54,410 nt of DNA from Prorocentrum cordatum (lineage: Eukaryota), in NCBI GenBank assembly GCA_963575745.1, contig CAUYUJ010000245.1, positions 62,001-116,410 on the forward strand, in the 5' to 3' direction. This document shows positions 11,030-22,989 of the stretch, in pieces. A program made the translations under genes and the position numbers. Positions within the stretch are counted from its first letter, which is position 1. Every line of letters starts with the position of its first letter. The notes under the pieces are model-generated. The model was not told where the DNA came from. It did no database searches and saw nothing but the letters and a program-made list of their open reading frames with translations.

Positions 11030-13850
11030 AGGGAAGTCCCACCAGCTCATCCAGACGCAGATCGCCTGGCGAGTTGCTTTGATCAGGGAAGTGCAGAAGC
11101 ATGCAGTGTAACAACTGCCTTGGAAGTGTTTTCTCGGAGGTCTCTTGGAGCCATCCTGTGTGTCTCTTTTGGGGTCCACTCCTAGGGCCCTATTGGTGCT
11201 CTTTTGGGGGGGTCCAGGGGCCCTCTTGGCGCTCGTTGGGAGGGGGGGGTGAGGCATCTGGAGGCAACCTGGGGCACACTGTTAAAAAAGAGGGAGGGGG
11301 TCCTCAATTCAGATCCCCCCCCCTCGGAGGCTCACAAATGGCGTCTTGGGGCCGTCTTGGGGCGCTCATTGGGCGCTCTTGTGCGCCCCTGGGGCCCCCT
11401 TGGGGCCCTCTTAGGCCCCTCTTGGGGCTCTCTTGGGCCGTCTTGGGGCCATCGTACGCCCTCAAGAGCCCATCGGAAGCGAAAAGGCGAGAAGTCAAGA
11501 AACAGTGAGATCCCCTTGGCTTACGAGCCATTTTGGCTTCTTGGGTGGTCCTTGAAGGGCTCGGAGGGCACTAGAAACCGTCTTGGGGCCGTTGGGCCAT
11601 CTGCGAGGACATCGTGGGCTCTCTGAGACCCTCTTGGAGCCATCTTGGGACGACATCTTGGGGGTTTAGCGCCTCGCGCCCCCCCCCCGCTCCCAGTCCG
11701 CATCAAGCTACCCACCGGCCCGCAAGCCGTCTAGCTCACTCCCACCCGCCCTCCCAACACATAAGTAAAACCCGAGCCTGAGCATGTTCAACGGTCGTCT
11801 TTGGATGGGCAGCTACCAGGAACCAAAGCCGACCCCAGGTACGCGACGTTTGGGCGAGGTGCGCCACGCGTGCCAGGGGCGCCATGCGCGCCAGGCACCC
11901 CTGGGGCCCGAGCGTGCCAGGCACTCCTGGTGCGCCAGATGCGCCACGTGCTCCGAGTGCGCCAGGTGTGCCGTACACTCCAGCCGCTCCAGGTGCGCCA
12001 CATTAGGGGCACGTGCAGAGTGTGCGCCTGCGCACGTGACAGCACATATCGGGAAACATGTCGGCCCCCGCCATCCGCTTCGAAAACCAGTGCCCATCAT
12101 TGTGTCTGGTGGGCCTGCGCACAGCAGGCCACGCGACACCACCCCCGCCGTCCCTGTCAAAAACCACTTGACGGTGATCGCGGGATGGCCGCGCATGATC
12201 CAGATTTAGCCGAGAGGTGTATGCCTTTTTTGTCAGGGGTGGTAGCCCTGCGCACAACAGAATATGCTGACACCCCCGCCGTCCCCATCCCTGTCAAAAA
12301 GAATAAAAGTGATCGCGGGCTTCACCAACATGACCCAAGACTTTGCCCCAGGGTGTACTTCGCATTGTTTTTGACAGGGATGGTGGGGGGGGCGCACCGG
12401 GTTGGCCGCGCATGCTTCAAATGTGGAGGCAGAGTGCGAATTGTATTGCTTTTTGACGGATGGTGGGAAGCGAGCCTGCATGGAGTTGGCATGGTTCGTG
12501 GTTGGCCGCCAGCCGGGTGGGGGAGGGGGTGTACATTGATACGGAACAGTGATCAAGCTACTCACCCGCCCGCAAGCCGTCTTGCTCACTTCCACCCGCC
12601 CTCCCAACATATGAGTAACACCCGGGCGTCAGCATATCGCGTAAGAACGCCGCAGAAGCCACGGGTTCCAGATGCACCAGATACCCCTGGAGGCACAAGC
12701 GTGCCAGGCGCGCCAGGTGCGGCACGTGCTCCGCGTGCGCCCAGTGGTCCACGTGCTCCGTCCGCGATAGGGGCTCCACTTGCGTGCGCCGCAACTGCTG
12801 CTACGCCAGCAATTGCGCACGCCCCAGCGCGTGCTTGTGACTGCTGGCCACCGCGCGCGTGGGGCGTTCTTCGGGCCGGTTTGGAAGCCTCTTGGTCCCG
12901 GCTTGGAGCGTTCCTGCCCGATTTGGGAGCCACTTGGAGGCTTCGAAAATCCATCGGAAACGAAATGGAGAGAAGGCAGCAGCCATTGATTTGTCAAAGC
13001 AGTCGGTCGACCACATGTGCCCAGAAGGCAGGTGGGATCTGCTGGCACCCCGGCCGTCCTTGTAGAAAACCAATACAAAGTGGTCGCGGAGCGGCCGCGC
13101 ATGCTCCAAATGTGAAGGCAGAGTGTGTTTAGTATTGTTTCTGACAGCGATGGTGGCGGGGGTGATCATGGGGTCGGCATTGTTCCGGGTTGGCTGCCGG
13201 CCGGGTGGGGGAGGGGGTGTATAGATATATAGATATATGTTCCCCAATCAGAGCTTGCCTCTGTAGGGGTCCTAGCGGATTCATATGTTTAGGTGAGGTG
13301 CGGCGCTGATTTGATGGCCGGCGGCCGGGTGCCCGAGGGTGCCCAGAGGTGCCCGGGTGCCCGATTTCAGTGGCCGGGCCCGGGTGCCCGAGGGGCCCAG
13401 GTGCCCGGGGGTGCCCAGGGGTGCCCGGGTGTCCGGGTGCCCGTGTGCCCGGGTGCCTGGGTGCAGGTCCAGGTGCCCAGTAGCTCTATATAGCCCTATA
13501 GATCTGTAGCCCTATAGCCCCAATAGCCCTATAGCCTTATAGCCTTATAGCCATATAGCCCTATAGCCCTACAGCCCCATAACCCCATAGCCCAATAGCC
13601 CTATAGCCCTATAGCCCTATTGCCCTGTAGCCCTGTAGCCCTATAGCCCCGTAGCCTTCTCGCCCTATAGCCTTATAGCCCCATAGCCTTAAAGCCTCAA
13701 AAAGATTATGATTGGGATTTTTCTCCGGTCTCATATTTATACATGGAACAGTGATGAACCCATCCCCCGAACAGGGGAATGAGGGGTTTTCGCAGAGCTG
13801 ACAGAGAGAAGGCCAGAATCCGTCAAACCACCCACGCCCAGAGGGCGGGT
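11030..13850 (-). mobile_element. Degenerate family A element with duplicated internal modules
   Basis: cccaccagct..gatcagggaagtg at 11038-11093; ggcctcttgggg arrays; ctcactcccacccgccc and gcatgctcc..gtggaggcagagtg modules shared with 4845-5390; degenerate end acgcccagagggc at ~13834. Confidence 0.5.
13322..13692. repeat. Adjacent short-period arrays (gggtgccc)n and (tagcccta)n
   Basis: 9-10-bp gggtgccc repeats at 13322-13480; 8-bp tagcccta repeats at 13488-13692. Confidence 0.9.
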
Positions 13851-14025
13851 ATGGTGCCACGCCCGATCATTCGTGAGCAAATGGAAGCAGAGCGACACGC
13901 TGCCAGTTTGCAAAGCATGGAGTCGCAGGGGACGCCACAACGACACGCTAGGAAAAGTTCCTGATCGTAGACATGAGGCGTTTGGCCACATCCTTCTCAG
14001 CGCCAATTGCTGCGTGGTGTTGGTT

Positions 14026-15220
14026 CATTGTCGACGATTCGCGTCCCCCCACCAGGCCCATACAGAGGCGATGCCCAGGCGAGTGGCCTCGATCAGGGAA
14101 GTGTAAGAACATGCGGTGAAACAAAGAAAGGGGTAGCCGTCAAACTGAAGCATGGGGTCAGCTAACCAGAAAGGCAGTCGCGGATCTTTCGATGTGTGAG
14201 TTTCTTATCGGTTTATTGTAACAATGGGTTGCCGTTGTTGGGGCCACGATGGAAGCCTTCGGGACTCTTCTTGGGCCCCTTGTAGAAGCCGTTTGGGCCC
14301 GTCTTAGGCCAGATTGAAGGACATCGGTGAACAGTAGTGGCGCCACTAAGACACTCTTGGGGCTTTCTTGGGACGCTATTGGAGCGCTCTTGCGGCCGCA
14401 TTGTGGCATTCACGGGCACCTTATTGAGGGTCCCGTGGGCGATTTCAGAGGAGCTTTGGAGACTTCAGAAGGCCATCGGAAACCAAAGACGTGAATGCAA
14501 CGGCACGCAAAATGTAGTTGAAGGATGCTGGCTTCTCAGGGGGCATAATTGGGCGGCTCCGAGGCCACTCGGAGGCTTTTTTGTAGGCCACGCTGAGCCA
14601 AATTGGACCAGCGTACGCCAGCCTTACGTAAGGCACACGGGTGCACAGTGCAACAGTATCCCAAGGACAAGGATGCCCCCTGAAAAGAATTGCATGTCAT
14701 CAATACAGTGTTCAATGATTATGCTTGTGATCGGAAAAAGAAGTCTGTGATGATTGAAGCCCCTACTCTGTTGGAGCCAGAAACGTCACTTATTGGGGCC
14801 ATCGTGGGGCGCTCTTGGAGCGCTAGTTTGTGACCATCTTGATGCCATATGGCTTCCACGTTGGGCTATCTCATGCGATCTTGGAGGTAGCGTGATCACA
14901 AGCCCACCAGAAGCGAAAAGGCGAGAAGGCAAGAACAGAGAAACAACCTCTGATGTTTTTAGGGTGTTGGACGGTCTTGGAGGCGATTGGAAGAATGCTC
15001 GAGGCCATTTGTTTGGCTACCTTGTGCCAACTTGGAGGCCATCTTGGGCTATCTAGAGCCTTCTTGGAGCCATAGTAGGCCACCATGGACGCTCTAATGG
15101 GTCGCGCCCCGCCCCATCCATACCCAGGGGAGGGGGGAGCCCCTTCCCCGAAGGGGACAAGAAGGGGGTTGAAAAAGGGAACGCGCTAAGCCACCTCCGC
15201 TCAGAAGGCTGGTGGGACTT
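14026..15220 (-). mobile_element. Full-length degenerate family A element (~1.2 kb)
   Basis: Left end gacgattcgcgtc + ccccaccag...gatcagggaagtg; right end gctcagaaggctggtgggactt; internal aagcgaaaaggcgagaa module. Confidence 0.6.
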
Positions 15221-15499
15221 GTCTCGTTTCCCTGCTTCTCGCCCCTTCTCCCCTGCTCCTTTCCCGCATCTCTCGACGATACCGGCGCGAGCCACCTGTC
15301 ACGCCATGCAAGGCGGGACGCCTCGGTGTGCCTTGTGTTCGCTGCCTCCCTCCCCGACGACCCGCATCCCCTCCCCTCCCCTCTGCTCGCGGGCAGTGCC
15401 CAGGGGGCCACCCATACAGACAGCCCCGTAAGTTGGTATGATGTGAGAATTCGGCCAAAAGTTTCAAATCGCACGAAGGTGCCAGACTGTCGGTCAGAG

Positions 15500-15720
15500 C
15501 CCCACATCATCAGGGGTAACTCGGGTCAGGGCTAACTCGGGTTCGTGTTTCGGGAATCCGAACCCGACTTACCCCGGACCCGAGTTACCCCGGATAATTC
15601 GGGCGTCCAGAACCCCACATCATCAGGGGTAACTCGGGTCAGGGCTAACTCGGGTTCCTTTTTCAGGGATCCAAACCCGAGTTACCCCGGACCCGAGTTA
15701 CCCCGGATAACTCGGGCGCC
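15500..15720. repeat. Tandem pair of ~113-bp self-complementary units
   Basis: Each unit, ggggtaactcgggtcagggctaactcgggtt...aacccga(c/g)ttaccccggacccgagttacccc, folds into an ~80-nt hairpin. Confidence 0.9.
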
Positions 15721-16477
15721 CAAGTCGGTCCAGCCAAGCCAGGGCCAGGGGCCGTCGGCCCAGCCAGCCTGGCAGAAGGGAGTCTGGCGGCAGGTCGCAG
15801 ACGATGGGCGCAGCGCAGGGCGCCCGAGAACGAGCGCAGGGGCACCCGCAGACGTTGACGACGGTCCCCGCTCGGGGGTGTCAACCTCGCCTCGGGCGTC
15901 GCATCCGGGCCTGGATCCGCTACGGATCCCATGCGGATCCAGCGCTTGTTGGACGGATCCGATGCGAATCCGATGGGTGTGGGACGGATCCGAGCGGTCG
16001 GGAAATAGCATGTTTGGCACGGGTTCTGTCGGACCGCCATGTCCTTGTATATGATTAACTAGGGCAGCGAAGGATTCCGAGATCGATCTACGCAGGGGCA
16101 CGAAGCGGGCGCGACAGGGGGGGAAGGCGCCTGCCAGAGTTTTATTCTGGCGTTCCTTCCAAAGCTTTATTCGGGCGGTTCCTTCTAGAATTTTCCTACG
16201 GTGGCTCCTTCTAGAACTTTACCGAGTTGCCCCTCTGGATTCCGACGTGTTGGCCGTCGCGCGTTCTGCTCACTGGACCTCGCCGTCGCCAGCGTCGTCG
16301 CCGCCGCCGACGTCGCCGTTGCCGTCGCCGTCGCCAAAGTTGCCGTCGTCGTCGCCGTCGTCGCCTTCACCGCCGCCGTTAGACTCGGTGTCTGTCGCAT
16401 CGCGGTCGCCACCGCCGTCGACATGACATCGCCTTCGCCCTCGCTTGCCGAGCCTGGGCGCGCTGGCGCACGTGCGC

Positions 16478-16657
16478 CTTCTTGAGGTTCAGACCCTGGT
16501 CACGCGTCGATTCAGTCACGCTTCCAGGCCAGGCAAATCGTACCGACTTCATTTGACTGCTTGTAGGAGAGTCACCACATCCTTTGGGAAATCGAAGATC
16601 GAGGAGGAGGGAGATTGAGGAAGTGGTGTTGGACGTTACCGGTCGTCCATGGGAGTC
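16478..16657 (-). CDS. Candidate exon (DSHGRPVTSN...DQGLNLKK)
   Basis: 180-nt open frame, cAG|G acceptor, AAG|GC donor, phase 0/0. Confidence 0.3.
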
Positions 16658-17414
16658 CTGAGGGGAGCTCTGGGGTGCCCAGCGGGGCCCGGCTCCTTGA
16701 CAGGGCGGCGACCCCGTGGTGGTGGCCCCCCTTGGCATTGCCTTGTCCTCTCTCTCTCCCTGTCTGCCCTGCCCTTCCCGCTCCCCCCTGCCGTCTCAGT
16801 CCCCCTCCACTCCCCATATCCTCTCCCTCCCTTCCTCCCTCTTGCCGGCCCCCCATCGGCCTTCCCACCGCGCAGGCTGCGGACGACGGGGGCGGCGGCG
16901 ACGAAGATGACGACCCAGAGCCGTACGACTGCTCTGTGGGCACCGACGAAGGCCTGGACCGCCAGCACGAGGTGGAAGAGGGGAAGGAGACATGGGAATG
17001 AGGGGACAAGAGCGGAGGACGGAGGGAAGGAAGAAGAGACCGAAGAGAGGAGGGGAGCGGAAGGGGGTGGGAGAAGCCAGGCGCGTTCGCGCCACGTTTG
17101 ACCTCGTACCCCCCTCCCGCCCATCCCCTCCCACTGCGCTGAAGTCCGGTGTATCGGCCGACCTGGGTGTCCTGGAGGATTTCGAGTCCAAAACACGACC
17201 GCATCGCGTCGCAAACTGAAGGGCAGAATGGGGGCGCTTGCACACCCGAGGAGGAGGGGAGGAGGCAGAAGCAAATGAGCGGGAGTGCCAACAGGGGAAA
17301 GGGAGGAGGATGAAGAAGAATGAAGACCAGGAACACCAGGGGAAGGCGGAGGAGGGGCGGCAACAACGATTGGAATTGGATCCAGAATTACGGCCAACAC
17401 CGCAGCGAGAGCAC

Positions 17415-17629
17415 CTTGACCGGCTTGAATGACCGAGAACGTCTCAATCGAAAACGATATGGAAAACCAGTTTGAGGAGAAAGTTGGTGTGCGCGTGTGT
17501 AAGCAACATACGCACGCGCGAGAGAAACGAGGCGGCTGCAATCCTGGACATGACCGCGGGCAGAGAGCATCATTCGTTGTAGGTCAGACGAGGCGTTGCG
17601 AGCAAACATCACCTCAAACAGGGGCTTAC
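17415..17629 (-). CDS. Candidate exon (KPLFEVMFARNASSDLQRMMLSARG...RSFKPVK)
   Basis: Open frame with cAG|G acceptor and AAG|GT donor; ends in phase 0, compatible with 16478-16657. Confidence 0.35.
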
Positions 17630-17884
17630 CTGCCCTTCTTTTGAGTTTGTGGCGAAAAGAGAGGAGGGAGAAGAGAGTCGTATTCAGATTGGGCACCTGT
17701 GGAGGAGGAAGGGCCGAATGGAGGGAGCAGTTCAGGATCGAGGGTGGAAGACGGGAGGGGAGCAAACGCGGAAGACATCTGGGCGGAGCGACCGGTCGGC
17801 TGCCCAGGTGTCGAAGAGTTTTGCTGAAAGTGCCCCGGGGTGGGGGGGCTCAGAGGAGGCGGGGGACCCGTGTAAATTCAAGAT

Positions 17885-18520
17885 TCACCAACGATGTTGC
17901 AATGAAAAAATCCCCTCCAACTTCCTGCCTGGCCCCAAACTGCGGGGAGTGCCCCGTTGGAAGGCACCCGTTTGAAAATCTTGAACCGCGCCCTAACACC
18001 ATCCCTGCGACTTCAACGCCGCGAATCAACGTGACAGTTGCATCCTGACGATCTTGAAAAGTGCCAGAACGCTGTCCCTGGGACTGTAACGCCGCGAATC
18101 AACGCGACTGTTGTACCCAGACAGTCCTAGATCGTGCTAAAACAGCAACGTCAGACATGAAAACCCTTGAAGCTGTTGTGACCATTTAAAACGACTTCGC
18201 GCTGCGCTAAGGCGAGAGCCACATCTTGAAAAAAAACTCGACCTCCAACCGCGAAGTTCTTGTCAGTTGTTGAGACGAGTTTGCGAGGAGCCAAGTCGAG
18301 AGCAACATTTCGAAAACGGCCCGACCTCCATCCATGAAAACCTTGCAAATTTTTAAGACGCATGGGCGCGGCGCTAATGCGAGAGCGACATTTTGAAAAC
18401 GGCCCGCCCTCCATCCGTGAATCGTTTCCAAACTTCAAGCTCATGGGGTTTGAACGGTGAGGAAGTTTTAAGCGAAACGCCCGGCCCGCCCTGCCGACAC
18501 GTTTCGGGGTGCGACGGGGA
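17885..18520 (+). repeat. Dispersed repeat with ~83-bp tandem subunits (second copy 51125-51965)
   Basis: caacgatgttg...cacccgtttgaa...caacgcc(g/a)cgaatcaac and gcgagagccacat(c/t)ttgaaaa modules occur in the same order in both copies. Confidence 0.85.
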
Positions 18521-19344
18521 GGAGTTCTTTACAAGGAACAGGAATGGAGGAAGCAGTTCTCTGGGTTTCTCGGCGTCAGGAGTCCGACTTGGGGCCCCGC
18601 GACCGTGAACTGAAGAAACAATTGCATAATCATACGCTTTCGGAGGTCCGCACGGATTTCCTGAGTCACGGCACCGCCTATGGTGTGGTTCGCGCGCCAG
18701 TGGAGGGGTCCATCGCCGACCCAAGAAATCCACGCGGACCTCCGAAAGGAAAGGCTCATGCAGCGGCGCGTCCCTCCAATGGAAGCCGTTTGGGAGGCCC
18801 GCGACCGTCCGGTAATTGCCCGAGGCGGAAGACGACTCCTGTAGAAAGGGTCAAAAGCTCCAACGGGTACGTATTTTCAAAAAAAGCACGACGTCAGAGG
18901 TTTGTTTGTCAGGACGTGGTGTTTTCCTCACCAGCTGGCGTAAGAAATTACCGACGAGATCATGCAGATTCATGGGAAATGTGCGGGACATTCTCATCAC
19001 ACGGTCGTCAGCGGTGATGTCGCAAAACCATGCTCCAGACTGCGCAAAGGCAAGCTCTCGGGACCTTTCCTCACCGAGCTGCGGCAACCAGTTCTCCTGA
19101 CGAGGTTTCCTGTGCCACGCTCACTTTGCGAGGAGGCCGATGTAGTCCTGTTGCCGAGTTAAGCATTGACCGAGTCATTCTGGAACCGTCCCGTAATCTC
19201 CAATTATCCCGCGCATCCCTGTCTCTATTGACCAAGCATTTTTCGTTTCCTCCTGATTCGGCCACCGCAGATTGGAAGACAAACAAGAAGCTCTGGTGCT
19301 GTGTGATCAGGAAGGTCGGCTGCGAGGAGACGCAGGCGAATGCG

Positions 19345-20592
19345 GCCAGGGCAGTGTATGTTGATGTGTCTGTGTGTGTCTGCGTCTGTGCTTGTGTCTC
19401 TGTGTCTCTGTGTCTCTGTGTCTGTGTCTCTGTGGTGTTGCTGTTGCGTCTCTGTCGTGTCTCTGTGGTGTCTCTGTGGTGCCTCTGTTGTGTATATGTG
19501 GTGTCTCTGTGGTGTCATTGTGATGTTTCAGTGGTGTCTCGGTGGTGTCTCGGTGTGTGTGTGTGTGTGCATGTGCGTGTGCGTGTGCGTGTGCGTGTGC
19601 GTGCGCGTGCGCGTGCGCGTGCGCGTGCGCGTGCGCGTGCGCGTGCGCGTGCGCGTGCGCGTGCGCGTGCGCGTGCGCGTGCGCGTGCGCGTGGGCATGG
19701 GCGTGGGCGTGGGCGTGGGCGGGGGCGGGGGCGCGGGGCGGGGGCGGGGGCGGGGCGTGGGCGTGGGCGTGGGCGTGGGCGTGTGCGTGTGCGTGTGCGC
19801 GTGCGTGTGCGCGTGCGTATGTGTGTGTGTGTGTATGTGTGTGCGCGCGCGTGTGCGTGCGCGTGCGCGTGCGTGTGCGTGTGCGCGTGCGCGTGCCCGT
19901 GCGTGTGCCTGTGCGTGTGCGTGTGCGTTTGCGTGTGCCTGTGCGTGTGCGTGTGCGTGTACGGGTGCGGGTGCGGGTGCGTGTGCGTGCATTTGCGTGT
20001 GCGCGTGCGCGTGCGTGTGCGTGCGTGCGTGTGTGCGTGCGTATGCGGGGTGTGTGCGTGCGTGCGTTCGTGCGTGTGCGTGCGTGCGTGTGTGTGTATG
20101 TATGCGTTGGTGTGTGCGTGCATGAGCGTGGGCGTGGACGTGGGTGTGGGTGTGAGTGTGAATGTATATATGTGTGGTGCGTGCGTGCGTGCGTGCGTCG
20201 AGCTTGCGCGCGCGTTTATGTGTAAGCGTGCGGGTGTTTGTGTGTGTTCGCGTACGTGTGCGCGTGTGTGCGTGTGTGCGTATGTGTGCGTGTGTGTATG
20301 TGTGTCTGTGTATGTGTCTATGTCTGTGTATGTGTCTGTGCCTGTGTCTGTGCCTGTGTGTACGTGTGTGTGTGTGAAATGTGTGAGTGTCGGTGTGTGT
20401 GTGTGGGTGTGTGGGTGTGTGGGGGTGTGTGGGGGTGTGTGGGTGTGTGTGGGTGTGTGTGTGTGGGTGTGTGGGTGTGTGGGGGTGTGTGGGTGTGTGT
20501 GGGTGTGTGTGGGTGTGTGTGGGTGTGTGTGGGTGTGTGTGTGTGTGTGGGTGTGGGTGTGGGTGTGGGTGTGTGTGTGTGGGTGCGTGTGC

Positions 20593-20624
<32 letters not shown>

Positions 20625-20652
20625 GTGTGCGTGTGTGTGTGTGTGTGTGTGT
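19345..20652. repeat. Compound (TG)n/(CGTG)n/(GCGCGT)n/(GGGTGT)n microsatellite
   Basis: ~1.3 kb of mostly alternating purine-pyrimidine repeats. Confidence 0.97.
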
Positions 20653-21132
20653 TCGTTCGTTCTCCCGCCTAATGCGGGACGCCGTATCTTCACACCGTCT
20701 CAACCCAAACCACGCGCCAAGGCAAACGATGCAAGCGGCGGTGGGTGAGGGGGAAGTACGTGGGTGGGGCACGGTCCGCTGTGCAGCCACCCAACACCAA
20801 AATACGCACCCCGCACGCCTCTCTTGAAAGCACCCAACCGCCAGGACCAGCCCCTTCCCCGCACTGGTGGAGCCAACCTACGCACAAACACACGCGACGC
20901 AAGACAACCACGGAGCTGCAGCCGGCGCTGCATGCAACCCATGCTGTGTGCGCGCTGTCTCGGCGTGGAAAGCTGTCAGTCGGTTCCGGGTGGCGTGATG
21001 GGGCGCACCTGCACCGCGCGACTCCGCACAAGGCTCACGAGAGCATGTGGGAACGCTGGTGGGTGAGAGCGCGTGTTTGAGCCACCCATGTGTGTATGTG
21101 TGTGCACCAGGAGGCACCCATGGATACGAGTT

Positions 21133-21850
21133 CGTGTGTGTGTGTGTGTGCGTGTGTGCGTGTGTGCGTGTGTGCGTGTGTGCGTGTGTGCGTGTGTGCG
21201 TGTGCGTGTGCGTGTGCGTGTGCGTGTGCGTGTGCGTGTGTTGTGTTGTGTTGTGTTGTGTTGTGTTGTGTTGTGTTGTGTTGTGTTGTGTTGTGTTGTG
21301 TTGTGTGGTGTGGTGTGGTGTGGTGTGGTGTGGTGTGGTGTGGTGTGGTGTGGTGTGGTGTGGTGTGGTGCGGTGGTGTGGCGTGGCGTGGCGTGGCGTG
21401 GCGTGGNNNNNNNNNNNNNNNNNNNNNNNNNNNNNNNNNNNNNNNNNNNNNNNNNNNNNNNNNNNNNNNNNNNNNNNNNNNNNNNNNNNNNNNNNNNNNN
21501 NNNNNNGTGCGTGGGTGTGGGTGTGGGTGTGGGTGTGGGGGTGTGGGGGTGTGGGGGTGTGGGGGTGTGGGGGTGTGGGGGTGTGGGGGTGTGGGGGTGT
21601 GGGGGTGTGGGGGTGTACGTGTGCGTGTGCGTGTGCGTGTGTGTGTGTGTGTGTTCGCCTGTGTGTGCGTGTCTTTGGCTGTGTCTGTGTCCGTGTCTGT
21701 GTGTGCGTGTGTGTGTGTGCATGTGGTTGTGGCTGTGGCTGTGGTTGTGGCTGTGTCTGTGTCTGTGTCTATGTGTGTTTGTGTGTGTGTGCGGTCGTGT
21801 TCTGTGCGTGTGTGTTTGTGTCTGTGTCTGTGTGGGTGTGGGTGTGGGTG
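21133..21850. repeat. Compound TG-rich microsatellite spanning a 100-N assembly gap (21407-21506)
   Basis: (TG)n, (GTGTT)n, (GTGTG)n and (GGGGTGTG)n tracts around the N run. Confidence 0.95.
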
Positions 21851-21899
21851 TAGGGAGGAGGAGACAGCGTGGCGGAGGGGAAGGGGGGACCATCACAGG

Positions 21900-22430
21900 C
21901 TAATGAGGAAGGCTAAGGTTAGGCCGACCCGACCCTAACCGAAACCTTAAGGTTACATCCGCTCACCACTTACGCTCACATGTATCCTGCCTCGCCGCTC
22001 CCTCCTTGAGGAGCTGGGCAGCAGGAAAGGGCAGGGCAAGTCGGGGGCGGGCCTTCATACTGCTCTTGGGATGTCGGCCGCCTGACAGAAGAGACCACGC
22101 ACCTTGGGAGAACTTGCTTCGGAAGCGCTCCTTACATTCACCTTTGAGCCCTTTGAGGTTGCTTTCCGTATATCGGCCGCACCTCTTGCACACTACAATG
22201 AAGGACTCAATATCAAGGTAATCACATATCATAAGTTGGTGCTTCTGGGGGTCTCTAATTAATTGTGAGAGAGTCGCCGAGTTGCCTGGGCACGGCTCCG
22301 CCGTGCGGGCTTTCTTGGTGGCGTCGGATCTAGCTTTAGTATGGCATAGCAGGCACAGCCAGTGACCGTTCAACCAGCCCCAAGTGTGCCTACTGGCATT
22401 GTCGCGTGCTCTCGCACGCCTGGGACCCGC
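21900..22430 (-). pseudogene. 3'-terminal remnant of a non-LTR retrotransposon (Cys/His C-terminal domain + short 3' UTR)
   Basis: Translation HTWGWLNGHWLCLLC...PC...HQL...VVCKRCG...LKGLKGEC...GRHPK parallels the C-terminus of the 27970-30726 ORF (WRCKRC...HC...HQM...FCSLC...LRGLEKRC...GLHPR). Confidence 0.7.
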
Positions 22431-22989
22431 AGCAGGGGGTGGGGGGGTAAGCCACTCATGGACCGCACCCGCTGCCCCCACAGGGGGATAGAGGCACTGG
22501 CGAGGGAGGGGAAGGGGGGAGCAGGGGCAGGAAGGGAGGGAGGGAAGGAGGGAGAGGGAGGGAGGGAGGGAGGGCGGGAGGGAGGGAGGGAGGGAGAGAG
22601 GGCGGGAGAGCGGGAGGGAGGGAAAGAGAGGAGGTGGAGGAGGAGGAGGAGGAGGAGGAGGAGAAGGAGAAGGAGAAGGAGGAGGAGGAGAGTGGCGGAG
22701 GGGAAGGGGGGAGCAGGGGGAGGACGAGGTGATCAGGGGAAGGAGGAGGGGTAGTTGAGGACGATGAGGAGGGGAGGCGCATCGAGCAGGGAGGCAGTGC
22801 CGTTCACAGGACCAGCAAGAGCAGCATGCGCACCGGCCAGCTCGCCATTCGGGGAGAGGCACAGGGGGGACGCATCGACCCCCAATCGTCCACTCGTCGC
22901 CGATGGGGGTCCGATGGCCCCATGCTGCCCAGCGGGGGGGTCCGATGGGGGTCCGATGGGGGTGGGAGGCCGACATCGAACAGCTTCAG

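Noticed and set aside
11526..11538. Spliced-leader core agccattttggct
   Set aside because: Only 13 nt, inside a family A repeat whose other copies differ at this position; likely chance.
13488..13692. Interstitial telomeric repeat
   Set aside because: The unit is 8-bp tagcccta, not CCCTAAA or CCCTAA.
18770..19335. Exon candidate in unique sequence
   Set aside because: Protein-like frames on both strands and no decisive splice pattern; cannot choose.
19030..20827. Long Cys/Val- or His/Thr-rich ORFs
   Set aside because: Translations of TG/CA microsatellite lacking stop codons.
21900..21960. Penelope-type minimal hammerhead (ggttagg/cctaacc-gaaa-palindrome aaccttaaggtt)
   Set aside because: The CUGANGA box is absent before the stem; more simply a structured LINE 3' UTR on the minus strand.
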